Of a DNA stretch of 64,000 bases, positions 61,501 through 64,000 are shown one piece after another. Position 1 is the first letter of the stretch; the number at the start of each line of letters is the position of its first letter. The notes under the pieces are model-generated. The model was given only the letters and a program-made list of their open reading frames with translations. It was not told where the DNA came from and did no database searches. Source of the stretch: Catajapyx aquilonaris (Eukaryota); contig JYFJ02000876.1 in NCBI GenBank assembly GCA_000934665.2, positions 1-64,000 of the forward strand, written 5' to 3'. The translations under genes and the position numbers were made by a program.

Positions 61501-63392
61501 TCGACTATCACTTCGGCTTCTGTTATAGCTATGTCTCCTGCTATGACTCCATTTCTTTCTCCGGTCTTGCCTGCAGCCCCTTGTGTAATGCTGTGAATCA
61601 TCACTGTAGCTTCGTGATGAGCTACGACAACGACTATGATCCGAATAGCTACGGCTACGATTTCGCCTCGATCCCTTGTAACTAAGGCTAGAATCAGCGC
61701 TGGGCTTCTGCTGCTCTAATGTCACCGGAACAGTGACTTCCTGATTTGCATACAGCTGCACTGGAATGGCTCTTTTGTCCTTCGACTTTAACATAAAATC
61801 CACTTTCTCTAACTCTATATCTGGAATTGTTTTAACAGCAGGCAGTATCACTGCCTGTTCAGTCTCTTTGGGCAACGACTCCTGAGTCTCCTCTAACGTT
61901 GCATCAGTGTCAGTCTTTTTCTCATTCCAAGTCATGGCTCGAGGACTAGCCGAAACTCTTTCTGTCTTAAGCCCATCTGCCACGAAGTCTGCAGTACTGG
62001 ATGGTGCTGTAAACGCATTAGTCAACAGAGTTGCCGATTGTCGAGCTGTAACTGAAGTTGGAAAACTGTGAATTTCACCTGGTGAAAATTTGCTGGAAGT
62101 CATGGATGTAGTTGAGGCTTCAGCATCTAATGTTGGGAACGAAGCTGAACGTGATGCGTCAACAAAATTAGGAGGGGAATCCTCAAATGTTGCTAGGGAT
62201 GAACTTCTGGCCAATGCCAAAGTTGGGAATGACGTTGTATCTCCCAGCCCCAAGGCGTCCTCAAGTTCGGAGATGGGAATCACCATACTTTTTCTGGAAC
62301 TCCGAGTGACAGGAGATACTTCGTCAGAGGAACTTGATTCCTTCTTGCGACTCTTCTTCCCTCCCTCCCTTCTAAACCTGCTTCCGCCCCTCCGCTTATC
62401 ATCCTTTTTGAACCTGCTCTTACTATCGGAGCTACTCTCACTGCTAGAACTGGAACTAGACACTCTCTTCCGTCTTTTGCGCCCCTTGTCCCTACCTCTC
62501 TTCTTCTCATCGTTATCTTCACCGCGTTTCTTCTTTTTTACAGGCTCGTCATCACTCGACTCACTCCCTCGCTTTTTGTGCTTCCGCTTATGGTGCCGTT
62601 TCTTCTTCTTCTTGTGACGGGACTTGTCCTTTTCAAAGGGAGGATCAGCATTGAAAGCACTGAACAGTTCAGAAAGGATCTCATTTGATGACTTCTGTAG
62701 CGCTTCATCTACAGCCTCTTCTACTTTGACAAGCTTATCCTTTGGCTTTTCCTTCACATTGCTTTCACTTTCAGACATCACTACACTGGAACCCGACGCT
62801 TCATCATTGCGGCCATTAGCATCTGAAGAGAAAGGCAAAATTTTAGAACTTTCATCGCAAATATATTACAATAATATACTACCGCCCAATTAATAGCTCC
62901 TGGTAATACACATAAAATGTTAGAATAACTCCATGTTAGTGTACTGACTTCCCGACAGGAATCCGTAAGTTGAGATGCACGCACTAAAAGCAGCTCTCAA
63001 GGACACTTATTACCCAGTTGTTTGCCACTCTGTACGTTCCATTATTTGCATGGCAATCAGCATGGCCTTATCTCCCAACCTAGTTTATGGCCATATTGCC
63101 CTGAATTCTTCCCTATACATACAATGCACCCCATTTACTCCAAATACTGGCCGGATCGTAACGATTAACGCAAAAATGTGTACGTTCAGTTTCCTATTCC
63201 AGGTCGCTGCATATTTGTTAATTTTTTTTTTACTTGTACTGTACTCTATTGGGGTCAACTGCAGCTTCATACGCTGATTAACTGTTCTTAATTGCTCTGA
63301 ATTTCTCTTAAAGCCTTGTCATTCTGCCACCAACCATTGGTGTTACCCTCCGCTTGTGCCGCCGCCTCACTGGTCTGCTCCTCCTGGCTCAT
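55290..63392 (-). CDS. SON: Protein SON (RS-rich splicing cofactor with G-patch and dsRBM), 14 exons, ~1538 aa
   Basis: Exons 63392-63347, 62822-60090, 59954-59793, 59726-59519, 59453-59083, 59006-58867, 58800-58695, 58614-58460, 57947-57828, 57750-57637, 55989-55842, 55780-55715, 55597-55482, 55421-55290 join in frame. SON motifs: IDKQKLLEIARKNA, GGKSVEELT, PFIHHPF, FPVSSGQQHR, PGKFTGSTG, AQAWAKKDQF, G-patch GMGMYLLQKMGWKPGEGLGKNKEG, and dsRBM KHPVSALTELCIKRRW. Confidence 0.95.
55842..55989 (-). CDS. SON: SON G-patch exon
   Basis: DQFKEAAPVTGGMGMYLLQKMGWKPGEGLGKNKEGQLEPLKLDIKMDKK with cag acceptor and gtgagg donor. Confidence 0.95.
60090..62822 (-). CDS. SON: SON giant exon 2 (2733 nt): Lys/Ser-rich, RS-rich and acidic-repeat segments
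   Basis: Within the 921-aa ORF; ctcttcag acceptor at 62823, CAAG|gtgagg donor at 60090; phase 1-1 fits both neighbouring exons. Confidence 0.82.
60421..60960 (-). repeat. Coding tandem repeat (12-nt subunits, 60-nt higher-order unit; TAEDTAEETTDDMAEDTGKD-like)
   Basis: Repeated cagctgt / atcatcag / ttcttcagc motifs; 4-aa and 20-aa periodicity in the translation. Confidence 0.9.
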
Positions 63393-63662
63393 TGTCCAGT
63401 CGTCCTGCTCCGGGTGCGGACCATCTCCGGGGACGCCACAGGAAGACGGGGGGCAACAACAAGGCCCGATCGATTTATTCCAGACCACTCGAACGTCTGA
63501 CCGACATTTTCCTTCTCTTCAATCAGAACATGGAGGGTCGTTTGTAGCCTAGCAGTTGCCCTGCTGTTTATAAGCGGCTACGTTGTGACGTCACGATTCA
63601 AGATGGCAGCCTTCTGAGGATTTTATTTTTTGAAAGGATTTGAAGGATTTTGAAGTGAAAAA
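63393..63662. promoter_or_regulatory. Bidirectional promoter/5'UTR region between SON and mRpS9
   Basis: Divergent ATGs 270 bp apart; palindromic CRE/ATF site GTGACGTCAC at 63585-63594; YY1-like CAAGATGGCAGC at 63599-63610; TATAAA on the minus strand at 63572-63567. Confidence 0.7.
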
Positions 63663-63852
63663 ATGAGTGTTTTGGTGGGTCGGATTGGCGTTTTGAGGAT
63701 GAATTTGCGGATGGGGATGGATGGGGTGCGGAGGGCGGGTGTCAGCACGTGTGGTGTGTCGTGCCAGCAGCAGAATAAGGATGCGGGTCAGGAGAAGGAA
63801 AGGAAGATCAACAAGGCCATGAGGTCGTACCTGGAGAGAGCCACAGACCATG
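63663..63852 (+). CDS. mRpS9: Probable mitochondrial ribosomal protein S9 (uS9m), first coding exon; gene continues beyond the window
   Basis: Arg-rich, acid-poor transit-peptide-like N-terminus, then KINKAMRSYLERATDH, which matches my recollection of the invertebrate mRpS9 motif KISKAMKAYLERA..HD; CATG|gtatac donor. Confidence 0.7.
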
Positions 63853-64000
63853 GTATACCTGATTTCTTTTTTTTTAAACAAACAAACAAACAAACAAACA
63901 ACAACAACAACAAAAATCATTAAAAAATGTGTGCTTTGCAAAATGTACATGTGATGAGAAAATGCTGAATATTTTTTTGGCACATTCTTCGTATGTGGGC

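Noticed and set aside
60076..62893. Several long plus-strand ORFs (Ser/Cys/Phe-rich)
   Set aside because: Antisense shadows of the repetitive SON exon
63775..63852. EKERKINKAMRSYLE as a third bHLH basic/helix-1 segment
   Set aside because: Fits the mRpS9 N-terminal motif better and follows a transit-peptide-like leader

Overview
AT-rich animal (invertebrate, probably protostome) genomic DNA with spliced genes that the ORF track mostly misses. (1) The first ~52 kb hold two convergent, highly divergent bHLH-Orange (Hes/Hey-superfamily-like) paralogs. Gene A (+) is 5'-incomplete, with exons 3231-3327 and 6446-6819. Gene B (-) has five exons from 51877 to 28878 and encodes ~199 aa. Neither ends in WRPW/YRPW, both lack the helix-2 Lys, and gene B has a disrupted basic region, so they may be non-DNA-binding antagonists. 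They sit in a large non-coding domain rich in CACGTG E-boxes and AGGTCA half-sites. (2) A complete 14-exon SON gene (-, 63392-55290, ~1538 aa; RS, G-patch and dsRBM domains) has a likely GC-AG intron and a candidate stop-containing cassette exon flanked by hairpins. (3) Exon 1 of a probable mRpS9 gene (+) lies head-to-head with SON. (4) Repeats include a 387-bp palindrome with Polinton/Maverick-type ends (AGTAGT termini, 6-bp TSD), several MITEs, a DINE-1/Helentron-like element and minisatellites. All gene models were built by hand from splice signals, phase consistency and recalled family motifs; no database search was run.
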